DNA of 20,000 nt, from the IMG/VR virus record IMGVR_UViG_3300021404_000009, one strand, 5' to 3'. Shown here piece after piece: positions 7,165-15,172 of this stretch. The notes under the pieces are model-generated. The model had not been told where the DNA came from and made no database searches. It saw nothing but the letters and a program-made list of their open reading frames with translations. Source of the DNA: an uncultured virus (IMG/VR IMGVR_UViG_3300021404_000009) (Duplodnaviria > Heunggongvirae > Uroviricota > Caudoviricetes). Positions within the stretch are counted from its first letter, which is position 1; each line of letters opens with the position of its first letter. Both the position numbers and the translations under genes were made by a program.

Positions 7165-8231
7165 TGCCGGGCCGCCGCCTTCCTCGCCTGGGCGGCGCGG
7201 ACGCGCTCAAGCACCTTGTATTCGTCCGTGGCGATCGGCATGTTGTGCGGCCGCCACCCGCCCGGCGCGGCCCCGACGGCATTCGCCATCGGCTGTGGCA
7301 GTCGAGCCTTGGCGGCTTCCTTGCCCCCGGCGGCGACTCGGGAGATGATCCCGATCAGGTAGTTCCGCCCCCACTTGCTCCGGTCGACCCGGCGTAGCTC
7401 TTCAAGGGCCGTCTCGTAGGCCCAGATCGGATAGGAGCCCTCCCGTTCGCTCACGACCCGGCGGATCTGGGCGAGCATCGGGAAGTGGACGTCACAGAGA
7501 GCCGCCAGCCGGTCGAGCTCTGCCCGGTCGGCCTTGGAGATCAGGTTGGGGGCCTGGGGGTCGACACCTTCCGGGTAGGGGATCGAACGGACCTCGTCAC
7601 GCTCACCCCGCGGAGCGGGCTCTGGTGTGTTTGTTTTCTCTTTCTGTGTTTTGTCTTCCGGCGCGCGTTCCTCTATAGGCGAAGGAATCCATTTGGATTC
7701 ATTTCCGCATCCAATTGGATTCAATTTGGAATCCATTTGGATTCCTTTTGGAATCCATTTGGATTCATCCGGTGCATCCAATTGGATTCCTTTCTTGCAT
7801 CCAACTGGATTCAATCGGGATTGTGCGGGAATGCCTCCGTCGGCGTATCCTTTGGACGCCTTGCAGTCGGCGACCTCGGCCTGAGTGAGACGGGGGATCT
7901 TGGCCGATTCGTAGTCCCGGGGGACCTCGCGGCGGGTCCAGGTCTCGTAGTCCTTTGCGATGCCGTAGGAATCGGCCTCCGACGACGTGATCGCCCCGGA
8001 GTCCAGGATCTCCCGGAAGGCCCGCTCCACGTTCTGTCGCCGCTGGCCGGTGCGTGCTACCACCTCGGCCACCGTGAGCCGCGCCAGGGCGAGCTTGCGG
8101 TATCCGTAGACCTGCCCGCGGATCATGCGGATGATCGCTTGGGCTGGCTTGGAGAAGTCGGCGTATCCGAAGGCGGCGTCCAGCTCGTAAGCGATCTGGA
8201 CCCACCCGTGATCGGTATCTGGCTTGGCCAT
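7161..8231 (-). CDS. Phage replication initiator (lambda O / P22 gp18-like)
   Basis: N-terminal GWVQIAYEL...YGYRK...winged-HTH-like region; internal iteron array; ATGA-coupled to dnaB. Confidence 0.85.
   Translation of the reverse strand: MAKPDTDHGWVQIAYELDAAFGYADFSKPAQAIIRMIRGQVYGYRKLALARLTVAEVVARTGQRRQNVERAFREILDSGAITSSEADSYGIAKDYETWTRREVPRDYESAKIPRLTQAEVADCKASKGYADGGIPAQSRLNPVGCKKGIQLDAPDESKWIPKGIQMDSKLNPIGCGNESKWIPSPIEERAPEDKTQKEKTNTPEPAPRGERDEVRSIPYPEGVDPQAPNLISKADRAELDRLAALCDVHFPMLAQIRRVVSEREGSYPIWAYETALEELRRVDRSKWGRNYLIGIISRVAAGGKEAAKARLPQPMANAVGAAPGGWRPHNMPIATDEYKVLERVRAAQARKAAARQ
7685..7812. repeat. Replication origin iterons: six 16-bp near-palindromes G(A/C)ATCCA(T/A)(T/C)TGGATTC
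   Basis: Units start at 7685, 7707, 7729, 7751, 7774 and 7797 (period 22,22,22,23,23); adjacent strand-biased AT-rich tract at about 7625-7660, as in lambda ori. Confidence 0.9.
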
Positions 8232-8328
8232 TGGTGCGGATCTCAGTTGGTTTGCCGCTCCATCGCAGGCAAGTCCTGCCGGGGAGATGCGCCCCGGCTC
8301 GCGCTATGACACTTGGGTTAGCAAGACA

Positions 8329-9423
8329 TCAAAATGGGGGCTCTTCGATGTCGTCGCCTAGGTCGTCTCCGTCGTCCGGGCCGACCGGCGCGGGGGCCGG
8401 CGAGAGCGACGGATCGCGGAAGCGGCCCGGCCCCAGAAGCTCCGCGGCCTTCGTGTAGCCGGCGCGGACCTCGTCCTCGTTCCATTCGATCATCTTGTAG
8501 GGAAGGCCCTCGGCCTTGGCCCATGTGTCGACGGCCTTCAAGAGCCCCGCCCCGAAGGCGTCCTCCTTCTTCTTGATCCACGCGAACAGCCCGCGGCCGT
8601 TCTTTGGGCATGTGTCGTCCTGGCCCTTGTGTGCCTCCTGACGGGGCGGAGTCGCGGAGGACGGGCGTTCCGGCCTCTGAGCGGGGGCCTCACGCTGGGC
8701 CGGCTGCGCGTCGTCGTCGTGGACGGGCGTGGCGTGGAGGTCGTAGGTGTCCTCCAGATCCTGGGTGAAGATTTCGGAGAGGCACCCGAGGCCCATCGAG
8801 GCGTCCACGAGTGCCCGCTTTTTCCCCATCTTGAGGGCGGTGTTGCGTGTGTCGTGGGGGTTGGCGTTCTCGATCTGCCCGGCCGCCTGGGACTCGATCG
8901 TGGGATTGCCGTCGCTGAACTTGGCCCCGCATCCCCCCTTCTTCCCGTAGCAGAGCCACCCGCCTCCGTACTCGGACTTGCCGCGGATGATCGTTTCCTT
9001 GCCGCAGTCCGGGCAGGTCTTCGCGGCGTTGCGGAAGCGATACTTGCTCTCCATCGTGGAGCACAGCCCGACACCGGAGCCGACCCGCATTCCCGTGGTG
9101 CGGCTCACGAGCACGGCCGTCACCTGATACTCGGCGTGGCCGTTGCCGTACTCGTGGGTGGTGACCTGGAACTCGGGATAGGCGTTGAAGTACATGCACG
9201 CCTTCTGCGCCCCGGGGAGGAGCAGCGTGTTCTTCACCCCCGTGCCGGGGATGATCCCGTAGTCCTGCCCGGCCTTGAACTCCTGCTTGATGAAGGTGCG
9301 GACGGCCTTGAGCGCCTCCATCGTCTCGCGGATCGCCGGGACGCCGCCCCCGGCCGTGGTTGGCACCTGGCCCCCGTGCTCGTATTGAGCCAGGGCGGTT
9401 GAAGTCACTTCGCCGTTGTGCAT
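8329..9423 (-). CDS. Putative single-strand annealing/recombination protein with Zn-ribbon insert
   Basis: DYGIIPGT..TLLLPGAQK, NTALKMGKKRALVDA, IFTQDLED; CPDC...C...GGC insert; acidic DDIEEPPF tail; start reassigned to ATG at 9423 (GAGG SD). Confidence 0.6.
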   Translation of the reverse strand: MHNGEVTSTALAQYEHGGQVPTTAGGGVPAIRETMEALKAVRTFIKQEFKAGQDYGIIPGTGVKNTLLLPGAQKACMYFNAYPEFQVTTHEYGNGHAEYQVTAVLVSRTTGMRVGSGVGLCSTMESKYRFRNAAKTCPDCGKETIIRGKSEYGGGWLCYGKKGGCGAKFSDGNPTIESQAAGQIENANPHDTRNTALKMGKKRALVDASMGLGCLSEIFTQDLEDTYDLHATPVHDDDAQPAQREAPAQRPERPSSATPPRQEAHKGQDDTCPKNGRGLFAWIKKKEDAFGAGLLKAVDTWAKAEGLPYKMIEWNEDEVRAGYTKAAELLGPGRFRDPSLSPAPAPVGPDDGDDLGDDIEEPPF

Positions 9424-9434
9424 TAGAGCCTCGA

Positions 9435-10721
9435 TTAGAAGGGGTTCTCGCCCTTGATCCTGCCGTCCTCGATGACGATCCCGATGCCCTCTTCGGGGTC
9501 CGCGACCCGCTCCAAGAGGATCTGGATATCTTGCTCGTCGGCCCACGACTCCAGGGCCTGCATGGTGGTCGGATCGAGCATGGGCGTGTCACGCACCAGC
9601 ACGAGCCGGAGCGTGGGGTTGAGCGCCGACGCGATAGCCAGCGACACCCGGAGCCGCTGGGATTGGCTGGCCTGGGACAAGGGAATGCCCCGGAACAGCA
9701 CCGTGTCCGACGCGGTGTCGAGGTCGAGCCCTTCGACCGGGAATCTCGCCTCAGCCAGCCGCCCGGCCCGCTCGCCGTCGACCGCCTCGATGCGGGCCGT
9801 GAGGTCTTCGGCCCGCTCCCGCAACCCCTCGACTTCGCCGCAGACGCTGGCCCGTTGTCGATTGGCCTCAACCCGCTTGTTGGTCGCCTCCGCGTCGCCC
9901 AGAGCCTTCTCCAATGATGCGAGGTCCGGGTCCACGCGGTTGCCGGCGATCAGGTCGGCCTCCTGCGCCGCCGCCGCGAGCCGATCCCTGTCAGACGTGG
10001 CCTCTTGGAGCTTGAGCCTGAGCGCCTCCACTTTGGCGTCGGCGACGAGCACTTCGCGGTTGATCTGCGCCGCCTTGTGGCGTAGGGCGTCGGATTCCTT
10101 GATGAACGCGGCGGCCATCCGGTACTCGGCCGCAAGCCCCTGGACGGACACCGGGCCAGCCGGGGGATAGGGGTCGACGGGGAAGGCCGCAAGCCTCGCC
10201 TCGGCCGACTTGAGGTCTCGATTGACCAGCGTCCGTTGCTGGTAGAGGTCCGAGCGGCGCGAGTCCAGGTCAGAGAAGTCGAGGCCCGCGAGAGACCGGA
10301 GCGTTTCCGCCTGGTCCTTCGGCCTCATCTTCTGGAACGCGATGGGGTCGAACGTGAGCCGCCCGACCAGCTCATCAAGGATAGCCTGGGGCGTTGGGTA
10401 CTTCGCGCCGTCCTGGGACCGGACGGTCAGGGAGGAACGCCCCTCGCTCCATCGCCGTTCGACGATCAGGTCTCCGAGGTCAATCGTCACTGAGGCGCGG
10501 GACTGGCCGTTGCGGATCGGCTTTTCGGGGCAAGCCGCAGTTCCACCAAGAGCCGCCTGGATGGCGTCGAGGAAGCTGGACTTCCCCTGATCGTTCCAGC
10601 CCGTGATTTGGACGAGGTTGCCGCGATCGTCCATGCGGACGTCAACGGCCTGGAGTCGCATGAAATTCTCGACCGTCAGCCGGTGCATTCTGACCGGGGC
10701 TCTCGTGGCCGTCGCGGACAT
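9435..10721 (-). CDS. SMC/RecF/Rad50-like ABC ATPase with coiled coil
   Basis: LTVENFMRL, Walker A GWNDQGKSS, coiled coil, signature LSQASQSQR, degenerate Walker B LVLVRD; start at 10721 behind GAGGAG. Confidence 0.85.
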   Translation of the reverse strand: MSATATRAPVRMHRLTVENFMRLQAVDVRMDDRGNLVQITGWNDQGKSSFLDAIQAALGGTAACPEKPIRNGQSRASVTIDLGDLIVERRWSEGRSSLTVRSQDGAKYPTPQAILDELVGRLTFDPIAFQKMRPKDQAETLRSLAGLDFSDLDSRRSDLYQQRTLVNRDLKSAEARLAAFPVDPYPPAGPVSVQGLAAEYRMAAAFIKESDALRHKAAQINREVLVADAKVEALRLKLQEATSDRDRLAAAAQEADLIAGNRVDPDLASLEKALGDAEATNKRVEANRQRASVCGEVEGLRERAEDLTARIEAVDGERAGRLAEARFPVEGLDLDTASDTVLFRGIPLSQASQSQRLRVSLAIASALNPTLRLVLVRDTPMLDPTTMQALESWADEQDIQILLERVADPEEGIGIVIEDGRIKGENPF

Positions 10722-10758
10722 AAATCGCTCCTCTGGAATCATGTTCGTCACGCTGGTT

Positions 10759-10787
10759 ATTATCACCCGTTATCAGTCGGGTGTCAA
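10759..10787 (-). promoter_or_regulatory. Sigma70-type leftward promoter of the replication/recombination operon
   Basis: TTGACA (10787-10782), 17-bp spacer, GATAAT (10764-10759). Confidence 0.85.
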
Positions 10788-10797
10788 TGGGTGATAA
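10760..10797. promoter_or_regulatory. Putative operator: inverted repeat TTATCACCCGTT / AATGGGTGATAA
   Basis: 11/12 complementary arms overlapping the -10 and -35 boxes. Confidence 0.65.
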
Positions 10798-10886
10798 ACG
10801 CGGTTTTCCTCTAGTCTATTCCAGGGGCAGATACTAGAATTGGGTGCCAGAGTCGAATACCCTCAAACTCGATCCAGGAGATGCAA

Positions 10887-11117
10887 ATGAGCCTTGGAGC
10901 GCCGCTAGTGGGCCGACCGAAGCGAGGAACCCCTGAGCCGCCGCCCGAAGAGCGGGGCGAACGCGAGTCGGTGATCCACATGAAGGGGTCGCCTGAGTAT
11001 GTCGATTGGCTGGACTTAGCTCACAAGCGAACGCATATTCCGAAGGTGCAAATCTTCCGTCTGGCCGTCGCGGATTGGGCCAAGAAGAACGGGCTTCCCG
11101 CCCCGCCGGAAATCTGA
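10887..11117 (+). CDS. Ribbon-helix-helix transcriptional regulator (RHH-1)
   Basis: GRPK arm, beta-strand SVIHMKG, helices PEYVDWLDLAH and KVQIFRLAVADW, PAPP tail; AGGAG SD 6 nt before ATG; divergent from the promoter. Confidence 0.65.
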   Translation: MSLGAPLVGRPKRGTPEPPPEERGERESVIHMKGSPEYVDWLDLAHKRTHIPKVQIFRLAVADWAKKNGLPAPPEI

Positions 11118-11122
11118 ATCCT

Positions 11123-11179
11123 GCCGCCTCCCCGCCCGCACCGTCGTTTACAAGGTGCCGATGCGAGCGAGAGGGCGGC
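11123..11179 (-). other. Long hairpin between convergent genes (terminator or processing site)
   Basis: 21-nt arms 11123-11143 and 11159-11179; four of five non-WC positions are G-U on the minus RNA. Confidence 0.55.
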
Positions 11180-11185
11180 CGGGAC

Positions 11186-12031
11186 TCAGAGGCAATCCCT
11201 CGCCTTGCCCGTGCCCCGGCAGTGGGGACAGGGCGAATCGTCTGAGTCGTGCGGCGTCACGGCGGCTTCGACGGTCGGCTCTGGCTCCCACGGGGCGTCG
11301 TGGTGCCCGTTGGCCGACGGGATGATCATTGGCATGTTGAAGAGCCGGCGAGCGGGCTCCGGCTCTTCGGCGACGGCCGCCCTTTGCCCGATGGCCTGTT
11401 GGTACGTCGTGCCGTTGCGGCTCACCGTCCGCGAGCTATCTGCTAACGGTTTGCAGATAGATGCCGGCCTGAGCTTGCCGACGAATGGGTCAGAGACCGC
11501 GCATCGCCGAGCGATTTCTCGGTCACTCCAGGCGGACCACTCTGGATCATCCAGCAGTCGCATGACCGCCCGCCGCTTGTCCTCGTTGGTCCTCCTGAGC
11601 CCGTGGGTGGTGTTGACGCCGACCGAGAACAGGATGGCGTCCCGCTTGTCCCCCTGCTTCACGTCGGCATGGATTGACTTGAGCCCGGCCGCGATCGCGG
11701 CAGCGACCCGGTGGAACCCGTCGGCCAGCCAGTAGGACGTCCCGTCGTAATAGACGGTCACGGGCGGGAACAGCGTCCCGGCCCGCAAGTCGTCGGCGTA
11801 GTCGTCCACGGTGGCCTGGTCGATCGCGGCCCGGGGCTGGAGTCCGGCGTCGCGCCTGATCTTGTTGATGTTGAGCTTCATCGCCGAACCCCACTTGTAA
11901 GCCTCTTTCGCCCGGCGGACGGTCCTCGGATTGATCCCGAATCGTTCCGCGAGGGCGTTGTCGTCGGTGTCGGGATATGCGGCCAGGAACGCGATCACCG
12001 GCCCCGCTCTCTTTGGGCTGATGCCAGGCAT
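11186..12031 (-). CDS. ParB/Srx-like domain protein with N-terminal HTH, central HTH and C-terminal CxxCxGxG
   Basis: PPVTVYYDG..YWLADGFHR, NTTHGLRRT, WSDREIARRCAVS; N-terminal DNALAERFGINPRTVRR; CPHCRGTG; GGAGGGG SD. Confidence 0.8.
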   Translation of the reverse strand: MPGISPKRAGPVIAFLAAYPDTDDNALAERFGINPRTVRRAKEAYKWGSAMKLNINKIRRDAGLQPRAAIDQATVDDYADDLRAGTLFPPVTVYYDGTSYWLADGFHRVAAAIAAGLKSIHADVKQGDKRDAILFSVGVNTTHGLRRTNEDKRRAVMRLLDDPEWSAWSDREIARRCAVSDPFVGKLRPASICKPLADSSRTVSRNGTTYQQAIGQRAAVAEEPEPARRLFNMPMIIPSANGHHDAPWEPEPTVEAAVTPHDSDDSPCPHCRGTGKARDCL

Positions 12032-12043
12032 TTCCCCTCCTGC

Positions 12044-12982
12044 TCAGCCGTTGAATTCCATGACCTCGACCCCGTGCAACTTCGCCTCACGCACCCACGG
12101 GGCGAGACCGGCGTCGGTCGTGCCGACGATCACGGCCCGCTTGTCCTCATGGTTCTTCCGCCGCTGAAAGAGCAGCGTCACGAAGGCGTCGCGGAAGACC
12201 CGTTCAGTCATGGCGCCGGCCACGATGTAGACCGCGTCGGGCGTCGAGATGTCGATCGGGCCGAACGGAGTCTGGACGTGCGTCTTCGCCTCGACGCCAC
12301 GGGCGCGGACTTTCTTGAGGAAGGCGTCGAAGAGAGTCGGGCGCGTCGTGGCCGCGAGTTCGGCCGGTGGCTTCGAGAAGTCGGGGGCATCCATCACGGG
12401 CGACCTGGCCTTCCGCCTGCCGCCGCCGATGTTGGTCGTGTTCATCGTGAACTTGTTGCCGAGCTTCGACGTAGCGATCCGCACGGACGACGAGCCGATC
12501 CCAAGTTTGACCCGATGATTCCCGACCATGTTGTCGGAAACGCCGCAGGCCCTAGCGATAGCCCCATCGCTCAGCCGGCACCACTCGTCATCCTCAAGCA
12601 TCCGGGTCACGGCCCGGCGCTTGTCGGCCGACGTGCGGCGGAGTCCGTGGGCGGAATTGGCCCCGAAACTGGCCAGAAGTGCGTCTCGCTTCGAGCCCGT
12701 GAGCACTACAGCCTTGATCGTGTCGAACCCGGCCCGGATCGCCGCCTTGATCCGGTGGTATCCGTCCGACGGCCAATAGTCCTTGCCATCGAAGTAGACA
12801 GTGATCGCCGGGAACTCGGCCCCGGCCGCCATCTCCTCGGCGTAGTCGACGATGGTGTTGTTGTCGATCGTCTCTCGGGGCTGAGTGCCGCCGGTGAGTT
12901 TGATCCTCTTGATCGGGACCATCGTTTCTTCAGCGTCGTGCCTCATGGCCCCGTTCTGCCGCTCCATCACTGCTACTGACAT
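12044..12982 (-). CDS. ParB/Srx-like domain protein with HTH and a degenerate PD-(D/E)xK-like C-terminal domain
   Basis: FPAITVYFDG..YWPSDGYHR, NSAHGLRRT, LSDGAIARACGVS; C-terminal QTPFGPIDISTPDAVYIV; start at 12982 behind AGGAG. Confidence 0.8.
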   Translation of the reverse strand: MSVAVMERQNGAMRHDAEETMVPIKRIKLTGGTQPRETIDNNTIVDYAEEMAAGAEFPAITVYFDGKDYWPSDGYHRIKAAIRAGFDTIKAVVLTGSKRDALLASFGANSAHGLRRTSADKRRAVTRMLEDDEWCRLSDGAIARACGVSDNMVGNHRVKLGIGSSSVRIATSKLGNKFTMNTTNIGGGRRKARSPVMDAPDFSKPPAELAATTRPTLFDAFLKKVRARGVEAKTHVQTPFGPIDISTPDAVYIVAGAMTERVFRDAFVTLLFQRRKNHEDKRAVIVGTTDAGLAPWVREAKLHGVEVMEFNG

Positions 12983-13007
12983 GGGCTTCTCCTGAGATGT
13001 GAATAGA

Positions 13008-13343
13008 TCACTCGAACATTGTAGCCTGATACGTGCGAGCGGCCGGCGCCGCCACACGCCACGAGTTCATCAAGCGGCCACGCAGCCGGCACTTTCGCTC
13101 CTCCACGACTTCGATAGCACCGGCATTCTTCAAATCCCCCAACCTCCTCCTCAACTCGTGAAGATCAAACGGCATCACATCGGCCGCAAATAGCTCGGTG
13201 GCAGTCGAGCCGGGGTGGCGGCGGACGGAGGCTAGGGCGATGTCGGCGTGGCGGGAGCGGGCTCCTGATCCTGTGTGTTCGCGGGCGGCGACGTGGGAGG
13301 GTAAAGGGTCGTCGCGACGAGCGATCGGCGCGTCTAACTGCAC
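13008..13343 (-). CDS. Phage winged-HTH protein (ARxxDPxxSHxAA type)
   Basis: ARRDDPLPSHVAA...PGSTATEL...RRRLGDLKNAGAIEV; GTG start behind GGAGG. Confidence 0.7.
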   Translation of the reverse strand: MQLDAPIARRDDPLPSHVAAREHTGSGARSRHADIALASVRRHPGSTATELFAADVMPFDLHELRRRLGDLKNAGAIEVVEERKCRLRGRLMNSWRVAAPAARTYQATMFE

Positions 13344-13552
13344 GGCTGGGCCTCCCGCGGCTTCGGATTGAAGCTCGAATGCCAAATCGTCAGTGTCGAG
13401 ATTGACGCTTCCCAACCGCACTTACATTCCACCCACCTCACCTGCCGATTGTGCTTCCGCCTTGTGGGCTGGCCGCAGTCGGGGCAGGTGCGGGGCGGCG
13501 GGATGGGGTCGCCGGTGGGGGAGGTGCCGATGTAGGGGGAGCCGAGGGTCAT
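13334..13552 (-). CDS. Small Zn-ribbon protein (72 aa)
   Basis: CPDCG...VECKCG; ATGA overlap with the upstream stop. Confidence 0.6.
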   Translation of the reverse strand: MTLGSPYIGTSPTGDPIPPPRTCPDCGQPTRRKHNRQVRWVECKCGWEASISTLTIWHSSFNPKPREAQPCS

Positions 13553-14046
13553 GGCTTGAACTCCCCGCCGTTGGCGATGATGTTTTCCATGATCGCGACC
13601 ATGCGTTCCGTGTCGTCGCGGTATTGAGAGCCGAACTGCGAGGCGGCGTACCGTTCCTTCAGGTTGGCCGCGAAGTGGTAGCACTGCTCATAAGCGGCCT
13701 CGACGAGCATCAGAGTTTCGGCGCTGAAGACGTCCGCGAGGGCAGACTCGGTGAACCACTGGCCGCAGCAGACGTGTTGGCTGGACCGAATGGTTTTCAG
13801 CGGGACGGCGTTGTAGAGCCGGGCCTTGCTCAGCAAGAGAGCCCCGCGGGCGCAAACCTCGCACCGGGCCGTCGGGAGCCCCAAGACTTCGCGGAGGTCG
13901 GTCGCGCCTTGCGGCAGGGGCTCTTTGAACTCCATGAACACATAGCCGCTGCCCGGCTGGTACGCCTTGGCGGTCATTTGCGCGATGACATCCTTCGCCA
14001 CCGCGACACGCATCTCGGACTTCTGCGCCTCGGTTCGCTCGATCAT
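13549..14046 (-). CDS. Hypothetical phage protein (165 aa, CEVC motif)
   Basis: GAGGAG SD before ATG at 14046; strong coding composition. Confidence 0.75.
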   Translation of the reverse strand: MIERTEAQKSEMRVAVAKDVIAQMTAKAYQPGSGYVFMEFKEPLPQGATDLREVLGLPTARCEVCARGALLLSKARLYNAVPLKTIRSSQHVCCGQWFTESALADVFSAETLMLVEAAYEQCYHFAANLKERYAASQFGSQYRDDTERMVAIMENIIANGGEFKP

Positions 14047-14070
14047 GGCTCTCTCACTCCTCAAAAGCTC

Positions 14071-14310
14071 TCACTGCCCCTCGGCGGCGACGGGCCGGGA
14101 TGAGGGGCAAGAGGATGGGCTAAACTGACCAGCATCCGCAGGCGATCCGCTAGGGCCGCCCCGCGTGGCCGCCCTGTTCGGCGACCAATGGCCGAGCCAT
14201 TCCACGATGGCCCCAATAGTGACTGCGGCGAATAGTAGGACAACAAACACGTCGGCGCATGAGCCTGGATGCTCAAGATCGTCCCGCGATGGATTGGTGA
14301 TCCGAATCAT
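14071..14310 (-). CDS. Small membrane protein (79 aa)
   Basis: Hydrophobic VFVVLLFAAVTIGAIV; GGGAG SD; homologous to part of 1478-2047. Confidence 0.6.
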   Translation of the reverse strand: MIRITNPSRDDLEHPGSCADVFVVLLFAAVTIGAIVEWLGHWSPNRAATRGGPSGSPADAGQFSPSSCPSSRPVAAEGQ

Positions 14311-14490
14311 CTAAACACACTCCCGCAGAGGTTATCGGCTTGCGCCCCATTGCCGTCGATCGGCGGCCAACGAGGCACGCTGGCCGGCAACCCACGCCCC
14401 GCGGCGCAACTCCGCTGCTTTCGACTTGCAGATACTCGCAGCCTCCCAGTCCTGTTCGGCCACGCACCTCGCCGCTTGTTCGTCCCATCC
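14201..14490. repeat. Dispersed direct repeat, copy 2 (partner 1548-1792)
   Basis: See copy 1; this copy keeps the 45-bp stop/SD/ATG interval. Confidence 0.95.
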
Positions 14491-14559
14491 GGCGGCGTTA
14501 GCCTCAGTCTCGCCCGAGGTCAGAGGCTCGACTCCAATGTGGTCTTCGCCGGGCTTCAT
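14332..14559 (-). CDS. Hypothetical protein (75 aa, MKPGEDHIG...)
   Basis: AGGAG SD before ATG at 14559; C-terminal half duplicated in 1478-2047. Confidence 0.65.
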   Translation of the reverse strand: MKPGEDHIGVEPLTSGETEANAAGWDEQAARCVAEQDWEAASICKSKAAELRRGAWVAGQRASLAADRRQWGASR

Positions 14560-14601
14560 GGTCGGTCTCCTGTGTATGTGGGCCTCCATGCCCCGCGCGT
14601 C

Positions 14602-15066
14602 TCAGTCGTTCGCCACGCCGCCCGGCATCACCATCCGCGCGTCCATGTAATCGTTGGGCTCAAGGTAGCACTCGTCGTCCGCGTGCATGTCTTCGTAGGC
14701 CGCGAAGCCGCGGAAGAACGCCGCTCGCTGAAAACTGTCGAAATGTGCCGGCGGCTGGCTATGCTTGCCCCGGGCCGCGACGTACTCGCCTGCCCCGAAG
14801 CAGACATCCCATTCCTTGCGGGCCACTGGGCCGAGCGTGCGGTAATCGACCTGATCCCAGCCGGTGAACTCCGCGATGACCGGCTCGTCCGTGCAGCAGG
14901 CCGAATCGCAGACCGGGCAGACCGCCCCGTCCTCGTGGACCAGAGCGGGCAGCAGCGGGACGGCGAATAGCGGGCGGGACGGGATGCGAGCGGAGTCGAA
15001 GAGGATGCGGGAGGACTTGTCGGCGGATGGCTGGATCGTGACGGGGTGGGCGAGGATGGCGGGCAT
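14602..15066 (-). CDS. Hypothetical protein (154 aa, CPVC motif), first gene of the second leftward operon
   Basis: AGGAG SD; directly downstream of the 15.15 kb promoter. Confidence 0.7.
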   Translation of the reverse strand: MPAILAHPVTIQPSADKSSRILFDSARIPSRPLFAVPLLPALVHEDGAVCPVCDSACCTDEPVIAEFTGWDQVDYRTLGPVARKEWDVCFGAGEYVAARGKHSQPPAHFDSFQRAAFFRGFAAYEDMHADDECYLEPNDYMDARMVMPGGVAND

Positions 15067-15135
15067 GACTTGCGATGCTCCTGGTCGTAGCAGGATTCGC
15101 GGTTGTGGCCGAGACGTTCTCGGCTCGACGACTGA

Positions 15136-15164
15136 ACTATAACGTTGTTTAAACAGAACGTCAA
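15136..15164 (-). promoter_or_regulatory. Sigma70-type leftward promoter with palindromic operator in the spacer
   Basis: TTGACG (15164-15159), 17-bp spacer, TATAGT (15141-15136); perfect palindrome TGTTTAAACA at 15146-15155 flanked by ACGT motifs. Confidence 0.8.
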
Positions 15165-15172
15165 GAGGCCGC

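Noticed and set aside
7685..7812. Regular palindromic repeats as a CRISPR array
   Set aside because: Spacers are only 6-7 bp, the array lies inside an initiator gene and there are no cas genes; iterons fit better
3367..12979. Long alternative ORFs (3367-4197, 4100-5002, 5815-6759, 7485-8309, 8629-9402, 8690-9871, 9454-10170, 11711-12979)
   Set aside because: They are antisense or off-frame shadows of well-supported genes, with no recognisable domains
11186..12982. Canonical parABS partition locus
   Set aside because: No Walker-type ParA and no recognisable parS in the window
1654..14464. 113-bp identical repeat as attL/attR prophage ends
   Set aside because: Phage-like genes continue on both sides, the repeats lie in coding sequence, and no integrase or tRNA is present
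1548..14490. Repeat pair as a diversity-generating retroelement TR/VR
   Set aside because: Mismatches are not confined to adenines of one copy on either strand, and there is no reverse transcriptase in the window
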